In this document: piece by piece, positions 53,750 to 62,307 of the stretch | How positions within the stretch are numbered: the first letter of the stretch is position 1 | How the letters are laid out: each line of letters opens with the position of its first letter | DNA from: Candidatus Spechtbacterales bacterium | GTDB lineage: Bacteria > Patescibacteriota > Minisyncoccia > Spechtbacterales > 2-12-FULL-38-22 | DNA length: 64,000 nucleotides | Reading direction: 5' to 3' | Assembly: GCA_040902285.1 (NCBI GenBank) | Contig: JBBDXP010000007.1 | Coordinates: 1,042 to 65,041 of the forward strand | The notes under the pieces: model-generated | Seen by the model: the letters and a program-made list of their open reading frames with translations, nothing else | What the model was told of the DNA's origin: nothing | Database searches by the model: none | Made by a program: the position numbers and the translations under genes

Positions 53750-55915
53750 TCAAAATCCAAACATCCTAAAGTATAAATCCCAATCAGGATTATTGGCGAA
53801 TATTCCTTCATTATAAGGATCTTGGTCGCTATAAGCAACCCTAATAGAAGCAAATCCCTCGGGTCTTATGGAAAGTTTGTATTGCATATTCGGAGTAAGC
53901 TCGGTTAATTCGGGAAAAGCAAGGGTAACATCTTCAAAAACATCCACGGCAATTAAAGAAGAACGAAAAAAGCGCGATTGCAGTATGTTGTTATTTTCAT
54001 CCATTATGGCGACAGAGAAATTGCCGGTACTTAATGCTGTTCTTGATAATTTGAGTATTACTCTGTCAATAAAATGAATATCGTCAGGTAAAATAAATGT
54101 TTGTGTTCTGGAGCCCGTGAAATTGCTCACCGTTAAGTTTTGCATGTACTGTGTTTGACTGATAATTTCTTGCGGAAACGGGGGAGATGCGGGAGACGGC
54201 GAACTTGAATCTTTGGATATAAAATCAATGTAGCCCATATTATCTTCTCCGGAAATATTCGCCATTAGAAGTACTGTATCTAATGCTTCAAAGGGATCCA
54301 CAAGATTCGTGCTGTTGTACGCCGACCAAGGATTATCATCTAAGCGGAATCTGCATGCCTGTAAATCCTTATCCCATTCAATGGATATTCTATACCAATG
54401 GTCGCGGATTAATGTTTCGCCTCCGGGCATTTCTACATCGCCAACCGGATTTGCCCCTCTTGTGTTTCCTATGATTCTGTTGTTTCCACCGTCTAAAATA
54501 GCTTCGCAATAAGGACTTACGCCAAATTTACCAATATCTTGAGATAGACGAAATGTAAGACGTAAATCACCCAACATTTTAGCCCAGTACTCAATATGAC
54601 CCGATTCCACAGGAGATTCTAATCTTTTCGCGCTGGCCAAACTCCTTGGGACAAAAACACATTTATTGCCGTCTATGCACCCTGTGTCCACCACTTGCCA
54701 TTTAAGAGGACCCGGGCCGGAAGAGGATTCCCATCCTCCTTGGCCGTGAAGATCCCCCACAAGATAATCTTCAAATGAATCTTCAAAAATAGTTGGAGAA
54801 CAATTTAGAGCTTCTTGATGGCACACGGCGGAATGGGCATTTAGGCGCGGACCTATGGGTTGGTCTGTGCTTATTGGGTCCCCAGTTTCTATTAGGATTT
54901 GTTTAATTTCTGCTGGAGACAGGTCGGGGTTTATTGCCTTTAGCAGACCCGCCACTCCGGTGACGAAAGGAGCGGAGGCGGATGTGCCGGAGAAGCCACC
55001 AAAAGTTATCCCAAGCAATTCACTGGGTTTATCATAATCATTACCTGGCTTAGGGGCATATACGTGCTTCCCAGGAGCAGATATATTTACAGTAGCGCCA
55101 AAATTTGAAGAACCCAAAAGGCCTAAAAACCACTTAGCCCTTTCATCCTTTAAATCAGTAGCGCCAACGGTTATTAAATTATTTGCCTCAATTATTCTGC
55201 TGTCTGTATAAACGGCGCCTCCAGGTATATGATTTGACGCGTCAACTCCCTCGTTTCCCGCACTCATTACAAATAAAACTTGTGGAAAATTAGCAAAAAC
55301 TCCTTGAAAATAACTTTTACCCTCATTAAAATCCTCATCAGAAATACAATTTATAGGTTCTTTGATAAAAAGAATTTTAAATGAGCATTTGGTCAGTCCT
55401 CCGCTAATATTGACTATTTCCATACCCTGTTCAAGGCCTCTCTCCAATTCAAACATATAATCAAAATCACTGTTATCTATAGCATAGCGAGAAGTTATTT
55501 TATAATTATCGGTAGCACCAGGTATAATACCGTTCATCTCTCTATTATCTTTAATGTTGGGTGCATTATTATTTGCACCAATAATTCCAAGCACTTGAGT
55601 CCCGTGCCCGCCGGTTTTATGGTCAACAAAGCTATCGGTATCTATAACCACTCTATCAAACTCTAAGTGCGAACTTTCAAACCCTGTATCTAAAATGCCG
55701 ATGTTTACAGTTGTATTGCTCAATGACTCTCCGCTATCCAAAATCTCCTCCCAAGCATCTTGAACTTTAACTATATCATAAGCTCGTACAAGGAGAGGGT
55801 CTTGTTCTCTAAGATTTTCCAAATCAAATCTTATATCCTGCGCGTAAACTACGCTCGCAGTTAAAATAGCGAATGCAAAGACAATTATTAATAATGTGTA
55901 TTTTTTATTAAACAT
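53750..55915 (-). CDS. Secreted S8 (subtilisin-like) protease with C-terminal beta-sandwich domains
   Basis: Signal peptide; triad ILDTG / GHGTQV / GTSASAP; oxyanion SAGN. Confidence 0.88.
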   Translation of the reverse strand: MFNKKYTLLIIVFAFAILTASVVYAQDIRFDLENLREQDPLLVRAYDIVKVQDAWEEILDSGESLSNTTVNIGILDTGFESSHLEFDRVVIDTDSFVDHKTGGHGTQVLGIIGANNNAPNIKDNREMNGIIPGATDNYKITSRYAIDNSDFDYMFELERGLEQGMEIVNISGGLTKCSFKILFIKEPINCISDEDFNEGKSYFQGVFANFPQVLFVMSAGNEGVDASNHIPGGAVYTDSRIIEANNLITVGATDLKDERAKWFLGLLGSSNFGATVNISAPGKHVYAPKPGNDYDKPSELLGITFGGFSGTSASAPFVTGVAGLLKAINPDLSPAEIKQILIETGDPISTDQPIGPRLNAHSAVCHQEALNCSPTIFEDSFEDYLVGDLHGQGGWESSSGPGPLKWQVVDTGCIDGNKCVFVPRSLASAKRLESPVESGHIEYWAKMLGDLRLTFRLSQDIGKFGVSPYCEAILDGGNNRIIGNTRGANPVGDVEMPGGETLIRDHWYRISIEWDKDLQACRFRLDDNPWSAYNSTNLVDPFEALDTVLLMANISGEDNMGYIDFISKDSSSPSPASPPFPQEIISQTQYMQNLTVSNFTGSRTQTFILPDDIHFIDRVILKLSRTALSTGNFSVAIMDENNNILQSRFFRSSLIAVDVFEDVTLAFPELTELTPNMQYKLSIRPEGFASIRVAYSDQDPYNEGIFANNPDWDLYFRMFGF

Positions 55916-56282
55916 TATGCCTTGGTCTAACTTTAATAAATATTTTTTCTGTCAAATACCAAAATATATACATTAAACCTGTCCAAAAAATACCGTTTAG
56001 CAAATATAGTGCTATAGAAATATAATTAGGTCCTCGATAAGGGATACATAGTGGAACTGGAGAAAGATTATTTTTAATTCTTTCATCTTGATCTAAGTGT
56101 TTCCAGGTGCCTGTATAAGCTATAGGAAAACCAGATGGATCTCCACAATCAATATATTTACCTTCTCCTAAAACTAAACCGTCAAAAGGCACATAATGAG
56201 CCCAAGCTGATGTTATGAAAATTGCTACAATAAATAATAAAGCTATTTTTAAAATTTTGTTACGCATATTTTTATGATTCAT
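55908..56282 (-). CDS. Hypothetical two-TM protein
   Basis: 124-aa ORF with hydrophobic ends and a Cys pair around GFP, overlapping the protease start. Confidence 0.6.
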   Translation of the reverse strand: MNHKNMRNKILKIALLFIVAIFITSAWAHYVPFDGLVLGEGKYIDCGDPSGFPIAYTGTWKHLDQDERIKNNLSPVPLCIPYRGPNYISIALYLLNGIFWTGLMYIFWYLTEKIFIKVRPRHNV

Positions 56283-56287
56283 TAATT

Positions 56288-57418
56288 TTAAAATAATCCC
56301 ATCATATAATCTTTTGTAATACTTTCTATTCTTGAATCATTCAGGTCTTCAAGTTTTTCTATAGCTTCTTCTAATTCTTCTATCGTTTCTGTGGTTATCT
56401 CTACCTTATACCTATTTATGGTTACAATATGGCCTATTATGGTACCGTCTATAACTTCGACCAATTCAATAGCATCCTGAGGTGTAGAGGTCTCAGAAAG
56501 CGCAAAAGTTATCTCATTTACTAAAAAACGCGCTCCATCATCTCCCTGAACTACCTTGGTTAAATCACTTTCTTTAACAAAACTAAACTCCCTACTCAGC
56601 ACACTCCCCTCTCCAACATTAATATCGCCGGCGAGTATCTGGCCGCGGAATACGGTTTTGTTTCCGATTTGTACTCTTGAGTCGGGAGCGAGTATTTTTG
56701 CGGTAATAAAAGAGTTTTCTCCGATATTTGTGGGGGATTTTCCAATGTAGTTTATTTGAAATTCTGTTGTTGAGTTTGAGTTGGGATTGCTTGAGGCGAT
56801 TAAGGTGTTGTTTTGGATTTGGAGCTGGTTTTTTATGTTTATCGTAGTTTCTCCGGAGTATATGAGTTTTGAGTTGTTTCTTAGAGTTAACCTATTTATA
56901 TTGTATATTCCCGGATTTAGCGTAAGAATTGCGTTTTCTTTTACTTCAATTTCATTGTAGTTTCCGGGGTTCAGGGTTGTATCCTCCTGTATTATGTAGT
57001 TTATACTTCCTGTTTGAAAATCCGGTATTTGGGGCAATTCCACTACGTTTCTACTAATGTTTTTTGTTTCTTCTCCAAATACCTCTGCTGTTTCGGATTT
57101 TATAAGTTTGTTGAAAGTTGCGCTCCCGTTTATTAAGACGCCGTTTGCAAGTTGTATTCTGTCGGAAAACAGATTTCCGTTCACAATTGCATCTTCCGAT
57201 ATGCGTATGTCTTTGTTTGAAGCGATATCTCCGCTTGATATTTGGGTATCTGTTGCCAAATGTATGCTGTTTTGGGCCACTAAAACAAACGGCCCGGTAT
57301 CTGTTATTGCGGGACCGTTGTTCCCCAGTGTTATTACAGCAAAAGAAAAAAGAGTCGCCACAAAAAGCGGTCCCGCAAGTGTCAGCTTTTTCCTGTGGGT
57401 TTTCAAAAACTGCTCCAT
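56288..57418 (-). CDS. Membrane-anchored beta-helix protein with C-terminal S8 prodomain-like module
   Basis: TM, LNPGNY/LNPGIY repeats, ILAPD..GQILAG, then FLVNEITF..DGTIIGHI..YKVEI. Confidence 0.6.
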   Translation of the reverse strand: MEQFLKTHRKKLTLAGPLFVATLFSFAVITLGNNGPAITDTGPFVLVAQNSIHLATDTQISSGDIASNKDIRISEDAIVNGNLFSDRIQLANGVLINGSATFNKLIKSETAEVFGEETKNISRNVVELPQIPDFQTGSINYIIQEDTTLNPGNYNEIEVKENAILTLNPGIYNINRLTLRNNSKLIYSGETTINIKNQLQIQNNTLIASSNPNSNSTTEFQINYIGKSPTNIGENSFITAKILAPDSRVQIGNKTVFRGQILAGDINVGEGSVLSREFSFVKESDLTKVVQGDDGARFLVNEITFALSETSTPQDAIELVEVIDGTIIGHIVTINRYKVEITTETIEELEEAIEKLEDLNDSRIESITKDYMMGLF

Positions 57419-57505
57419 GTTTTCATTTTAACCTTGATTTTAGATATACAGTAAGACAGCCTATCCACAATATTTAGCGGAGATAGTTTTAATTCGCAGC
57501 AAAGG

Positions 57506-58429
57506 TTACTTATTTTTATTAAGCCACAAATATATGTCTTCAAGAGCTTTTACACCGTCGCCCATGGAAATATTATTCTGTTTATAAGGCACATCTGACA
57601 CATCTCCCGCCGCCCATATTCCCTCCTTAGAAGTTCGGGCATATTTGTGGTCTATAACAATTTCTCCATAATTATTTACATCCACCAAATCTTTGGCAAA
57701 ACCGCTGTTTGGTATGGAACCTATTTCAACAAACACTCCCTGTAATTCCAATTCATGTCCTTTTCCTTCCTTGTCCCTGTAAATAAGCCCGCTTACAAAC
57801 TTGTCTCCTTTTATTTCTGTAACCTCAACATTTTTAACGGCCTTAAATTTGTCGCTCTTTGAAACATTTTCTACCGTTATAGGATCTGCTTTAAATTTAT
57901 CGCCCGCCTCCAGCAGTGTGACTTCCGTCGCATAATCCAAAAGCTGCTGAGCCGCCTCAAAGCCGGCGTTCCCCCCGCCTATCACAGCCACTTTCATATC
58001 TTTGAAAAGAGGTGCGTCGCAGGACGCGCAATAAGATATGCCTTTGTTGTCCAAACGTTCCGCCCCTTCAACTTTCAATTTTCTCCTGCTGCTTCCGGAA
58101 CCAACCATAACAGCTCTTGCCTGATACTTATTCCCTTTATTGCTTTCGGCTTCAAAACCTCCTTCTATTTGTTTTAAAGAAGTTATTTTTTCTCCTTCAA
58201 CAATATTTAAAACATCACTCGCATACGCCTGCAAATGTTCTTTGAAACGTTTTGTTAATTCTGTTCCCGGTAGCGATGTTATGCCTATAAAGTTCTGCAC
58301 ATCGGGAGATACCACCGATTGTCCGCCAAAATCGTATGTAACCAAAGCGCTTTTTATTTTTTTTCTGGCCGCGTATACTCCGGCCGCCACACCAGCGGGC
58401 CCGCCTCCTATAATTAGCAAATCATGCAT
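57506..58429 (-). CDS. trxB: Thioredoxin-disulfide reductase
   Basis: IIGGGPAG, YCASCD, GGGNAG, WAAGDV. Confidence 0.9.
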   Translation of the reverse strand: MHDLLIIGGGPAGVAAGVYAARKKIKSALVTYDFGGQSVVSPDVQNFIGITSLPGTELTKRFKEHLQAYASDVLNIVEGEKITSLKQIEGGFEAESNKGNKYQARAVMVGSGSSRRKLKVEGAERLDNKGISYCASCDAPLFKDMKVAVIGGGNAGFEAAQQLLDYATEVTLLEAGDKFKADPITVENVSKSDKFKAVKNVEVTEIKGDKFVSGLIYRDKEGKGHELELQGVFVEIGSIPNSGFAKDLVDVNNYGEIVIDHKYARTSKEGIWAAGDVSDVPYKQNNISMGDGVKALEDIYLWLNKNK

Positions 58430-58432
58430 AAT

Positions 58433-59473
58433 TTATATTTTTTTATTATTATCTTTTTTCCCGTTAATTTGGTTTACATTCATCATATACAACGCTCCCG
58501 ATGCCATCAAGCCAATGCCTTGGCGCAAAAGAATAATTACCCCCAAAGAAACAACAATTATATCGAAGGTTCTTATAATCAAACTTAAGGCAAGCCCCTG
58601 CTGGCCGCCCCATCCAAGAGCCGAAAACATAACACTTTGCACTCCTTCCTGTATGCCGAGGGCTCCGGGAACGGGCGTTATAAATCCCACGTACAGAGCC
58701 CCAAGCGACATGAGAGAAGCGGTTAACTGTATTCCTCTGCCAAGCAAATATATAAGCAATATGTGTCTTAGCAAAAACACGGCTTGTGTCAGCATGCTTG
58801 AAGCAAAGCTTTGCCACATAAACTTGGAACGAAAAGTAAAAAATTCTATAACATCATCCTCTGTTTTTTGTATAAAATATCCAAGCTTGGTTTTGTGTAA
58901 AAACAAGGCCTGCAAAGTATGTGTCATAAATTTCTTATTCTGAAAAACAAGCGCGTAAAAAAGAGCGAAAATTAAAAAGACAACGCCTATCACAGAAACG
59001 CTCCATATAACGGAACGGGTCAAATCCGACGGGCCTATATGATAGACAAAAACAGCGGCACCTATGACTACCATGAACAAAAAAGAAGTAAGGTCGATTA
59101 TTTTATCTATAACTATAAATGAAGCTATTTTGTCTTTGGGAACGCCAAATTTGCGGCCAAGCAAATACGCCTTAACCCCTTCGCCCCCCAAATAGGCCAT
59201 TGGGGTCATATAACTAAAAGCGTTTCCCGCCAGCCATATTCCGAAAAGCCGCCAGAAAGAAAAATTTATTCCTTGCGCGCGCAAAATTATCTGCCCGCGC
59301 AAGTTGGTTGCGAGCACTCCGGCAAAAGTAAGAAAAAACAAACCCAAAAACCCCGGCGGACTGATGCTGAAAACAGAAGACAGCACTTGGTTAAAATCTA
59401 TTTTTACCGCAAGAACAACCGTAAGCACGGCCCCCGTTATAAATAGAACTGTTCCTATGGTAAATTTTCCCAT
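58433..59473 (-). CDS. Lysylphosphatidylglycerol synthase TM-domain / flippase-like protein (UPF0104)
   Basis: TP..LGGEGVKAYLL, DKIID, PVPGALGIQE, LIIR. Confidence 0.8.
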   Translation of the reverse strand: MGKFTIGTVLFITGAVLTVVLAVKIDFNQVLSSVFSISPPGFLGLFFLTFAGVLATNLRGQIILRAQGINFSFWRLFGIWLAGNAFSYMTPMAYLGGEGVKAYLLGRKFGVPKDKIASFIVIDKIIDLTSFLFMVVIGAAVFVYHIGPSDLTRSVIWSVSVIGVVFLIFALFYALVFQNKKFMTHTLQALFLHKTKLGYFIQKTEDDVIEFFTFRSKFMWQSFASSMLTQAVFLLRHILLIYLLGRGIQLTASLMSLGALYVGFITPVPGALGIQEGVQSVMFSALGWGGQQGLALSLIIRTFDIIVVSLGVIILLRQGIGLMASGALYMMNVNQINGKKDNNKKI

Positions 59474-59474
59474 A

Positions 59475-60911
59475 CTATTTCCTTATATAACTATACCCCG
59501 CCCCCAGCAATATCCAGAACATAAGCCCGCCCTGCTGTATGGTCAGGTAAAAATGGTCAAAAAGCCCTCCAGTGATAATAAACACTGTTGCCGAAATGTA
59601 AAATAATCCCAATATGTCTTTTTGTGCCGAATATTTTTTTAAAAAATATCCAAACATTACCGTTATAAATAAAATAAAAACGATGAGCGCGAGTACTCCC
59701 GATTCGGCCGCCAAAAGCAAAAATATATTGTGTACCGGCTGATACAGGCGGTCGTGCAGACCTGAAAAAACATCGCGCAAATAAAGCGTGTAATTTCCCG
59801 CGCCAACGCCGAAAAAGTTCTGAGATATAACCTGCAGGGAAAGGTTATTAAAAAATAATCTTTCCCTGATGGCCAGGTCGCCACGGGCAAAAGCGGTCAA
59901 AACTCTGCTGTAAACTTCGGGCCAGAAAATTAAGGTGAACAAAAACGCCGCCGAAAACATTGGCGCCAGGGCAAAAAACATTTTTTTCTTTAAATGCCCA
60001 AATTGTCTTGAAAACAAGATCGCAAAAATATAAAAAATTACAACCAGTAAAAATGCAAAAATAACGGCTCTGGAAAAAGTAAGTATCAGTCCTATTCCGA
60101 TTATCACCGTTCCCGTCCATGTAAAAAACAGTTGTTTGCGCACTGGTCCTTTTTTCCAAAAAAACCATGTGAGCAAGAAAAGAAACGAAATCCCCAAAAA
60201 TGCCGCAAGAACATTGGGACTGCTAAATGTTCCATATGCACGCATAAAGCGGGCGCCAAAAGCGACAAATTCGGCAACTTCCTGCCGGCCGGCTACAAGG
60301 TGTGGCTCGCCTAAAAGATAAAAACCCAGAGATTTTTGGAATGCAAACTGGCCAATAGCTAAAATCCCCTGAAAAATTCCGGATAAAGAAAACGCAAGCG
60401 CAATTTTTAAAAACGACACGCGTTTTAGGATATCTGCGGTATAAAAGAACAAAAAAATAAATTCTATAAGTTTTATAAATCGATAAACCGCAACGCCTTT
60501 GTACCCTGCAAATAGTATGGAAATACCAACAAGAATTACAAAAAGAACTAACCAAAATATGGGCCTTTTAAAAATCCTAAATCCAAAATCTGGGTGCCGA
60601 GGATAGTGAGCGAAAAGAAAATTCATTTTCTTTTCCGAGCGACGCAGGCATAAACGCAAGTGCTCAATCCGAAACAAATTCCAATGACCAAGATTAAAAA
60701 TTCCAGTTTTTTTTCTTGTAAACAAGGGCTTTAGTCGTCTGGATATCCAAAAACAAAAAAGCAGCGCAATCAGTATATCCGTTCCATACAAAAAAACGCT
60801 CTGCCACTCGTTAAACCCCTCAACCGCTCCCGCGCCCCACAAAAAAACCCTCGTTTGAAAAGGGATTGAAAAAACAAGCAATAAAAATACAAGTTTTTCT
60901 AATTTCAACAT
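59475..60911 (-). CDS. O-antigen ligase (WaaL/Wzy_C) family protein
   Basis: RAYGTFSSPNVLA, LTFSR, GVGAGNY, PVHNIFLLLAAESG, FDH. Confidence 0.88.
   Translation of the reverse strand: MLKLEKLVFLLLVFSIPFQTRVFLWGAGAVEGFNEWQSVFLYGTDILIALLFCFWISRRLKPLFTRKKTGIFNLGHWNLFRIEHLRLCLRRSEKKMNFLFAHYPRHPDFGFRIFKRPIFWLVLFVILVGISILFAGYKGVAVYRFIKLIEFIFLFFYTADILKRVSFLKIALAFSLSGIFQGILAIGQFAFQKSLGFYLLGEPHLVAGRQEVAEFVAFGARFMRAYGTFSSPNVLAAFLGISFLFLLTWFFWKKGPVRKQLFFTWTGTVIIGIGLILTFSRAVIFAFLLVVIFYIFAILFSRQFGHLKKKMFFALAPMFSAAFLFTLIFWPEVYSRVLTAFARGDLAIRERLFFNNLSLQVISQNFFGVGAGNYTLYLRDVFSGLHDRLYQPVHNIFLLLAAESGVLALIVFILFITVMFGYFLKKYSAQKDILGLFYISATVFIITGGLFDHFYLTIQQGGLMFWILLGAGYSYIRK
60571..60705. mobile_element. 7-mer tract plus MITE-like hairpin translated inside the ligase gene
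   Basis: AAAATCC TAAATCC AAAATCT, hairpin TGCCGAGGATAGTGAGCGAAAAGAAAAT-tc-ATTTTCTTTTCCGAGCGACGCAGGCA (60595-60650), then a further degenerate periodic tract. Confidence 0.75.
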
Positions 60912-60998
60912 CTTATACTGATTTTAACATGTGCGAATGCACATACAAAAGAAAAAGCCGAGCCCCGCTTAAAGCGGAACCCGGCTTTGGTGACAAGA

Positions 60999-61412
60999 TC
61001 ACGCACGGTAGTGCATGATCTTGTCGAGCGAGTTGAACTTCTGGTCTGACCAGTAGAACATCAGCGTCCACCGGCCGTTCGTCCAGGCCAGATACGGAAC
61101 TCGAAGCGAACCGGTCCGGTCGCGCCACAGAGTGGCGGGAAAGACCAGGTTGAACCTCTGCCGGTGTTCCGGGATCAGGTCCTGGTGATCCACAAACCAT
61201 TCGGCCGTCATCATGCCGACGTTGGCGCCGAACCATATGGCTCTCTTGCGTAGCTCCTCCAGCCAGACGTATTGCTCGTCGGGAAGAAGGAAGCCGATGG
61301 GGGTGTAGTCACCAAAGCGGTGATCCGGACCTTCCTGAACAAGTTCCCAGCCCTTTTCGATGTAGATTTCGTCCGGGGCCAGGTCCTTATGTTCCGACAC
61401 TATGCGTGCCAT
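60999..61412 (-). CDS. Hypothetical protein, GC-rich, possible C-type-lectin-like C-terminus
   Basis: SD AAGGAG; promoter TTGTTT-17-TATAAT; terminator near 60952-60988; LVFPATLWRD..RVPYLAW..RW.L.FYW. Confidence 0.7.
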   Translation of the reverse strand: MARIVSEHKDLAPDEIYIEKGWELVQEGPDHRFGDYTPIGFLLPDEQYVWLEELRKRAIWFGANVGMMTAEWFVDHQDLIPEHRQRFNLVFPATLWRDRTGSLRVPYLAWTNGRWTLMFYWSDQKFNSLDKIMHYRA

Positions 61413-61525
61413 GGCAAACTCCTTCCTCAGAAATTGCAAAGTGCAATGCAGATTCTTTGTCTGCAATGTCTATATTATATCATAAATAAAAATAAAAAAC
61501 AAGGTTTTAGCTTGCTTTTTGGGGA

Positions 61526-61669
61526 GATACGCGCAGTATTGTTTTTAACGACCGCGGTTCTGTTTTTCCTGCGAAAACAGACCGCTCCCTCTCGGCATTT
61601 TCGCCTCGCTACACTCGGACCAAGCCGAAAATGCCTCCGAGAATCGTTAAAAACAATACCGCGCGTATC
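61526..61669. mobile_element. 144-bp MITE-like element with 26-bp TIRs and two internal hairpins
   Basis: GATACGCGCAGTATTGTTTTTAACGA / TCGTTAAAAACAATACCGCGCGTATC (25/26 match). Confidence 0.85.
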
Positions 61670-61675
61670 CCTTTA

Positions 61676-62188
61676 CTACTTGGGCCACCAAACACGCACC
61701 CGTGCCGTATCCTCCCCTTTCGAAAATTGTATATCCACCTCAGCACCCTTGTGTGCTTTTTCTATTTCTTTACCAATGGCCATTGCAAGCTGGTTCTCCG
61801 ATGTTTTTATTTCAATTTTGTCGCCCAAATAATGAAAATCCAATATCCTGTCCAAAACATCTCTTTGGTGGGCGCGCTCGGCTATGTTGTTGACTTGATT
61901 CAGCACCTCTTTGCCAAGTCCCACTGGTATGTTTTCGATTATTACTTGCCCCTCAAATAATCCTTTCTTTTTCATATCATCCGCCGGACAAAGAACAAAT
62001 TTTATTCGCTTATCCGGATTTGCGCGCCGATATTCTTCCAAACCGTGGTGCCAGCTTTTTTCAAAATACACGGCGTTGCACTCCGGACATATTAAAATAT
62101 CCTGTTTGCCCGGGCCGAATTCCTGCTCTTCCTTTTTGGGGCGAGGAAATTCTCCGTGAAACGGTTGTGATGGTATTTTGTCTGTCAT
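61676..62188 (-). CDS. BCAM0308/NMD3-related protein
   Basis: ICPECNAVY..SWH, LCPAD, DRIL..IEIKTSENQLA.AIG. Confidence 0.65.
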   Translation of the reverse strand: MTDKIPSQPFHGEFPRPKKEEQEFGPGKQDILICPECNAVYFEKSWHHGLEEYRRANPDKRIKFVLCPADDMKKKGLFEGQVIIENIPVGLGKEVLNQVNNIAERAHQRDVLDRILDFHYLGDKIEIKTSENQLAMAIGKEIEKAHKGAEVDIQFSKGEDTARVRVWWPK

Positions 62189-62307
62189 TTTAAATTTTAG
62201 AACTTGGGAATTTTCTTTTCAAAACCTTGGGGTGGTTGGGCGGGGTACATAACTTGCGGGCCGCAATTCGTTTTAGGTTTTTAAAAGAAAGATTCCTAAG
62301 GTCTGTA

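Noticed and set aside
22736-61412. Complete diversity-generating retroelement
   Set aside because: No reverse transcriptase and no adenine-mismatched TR/VR pair were seen; only possible target-like genes.
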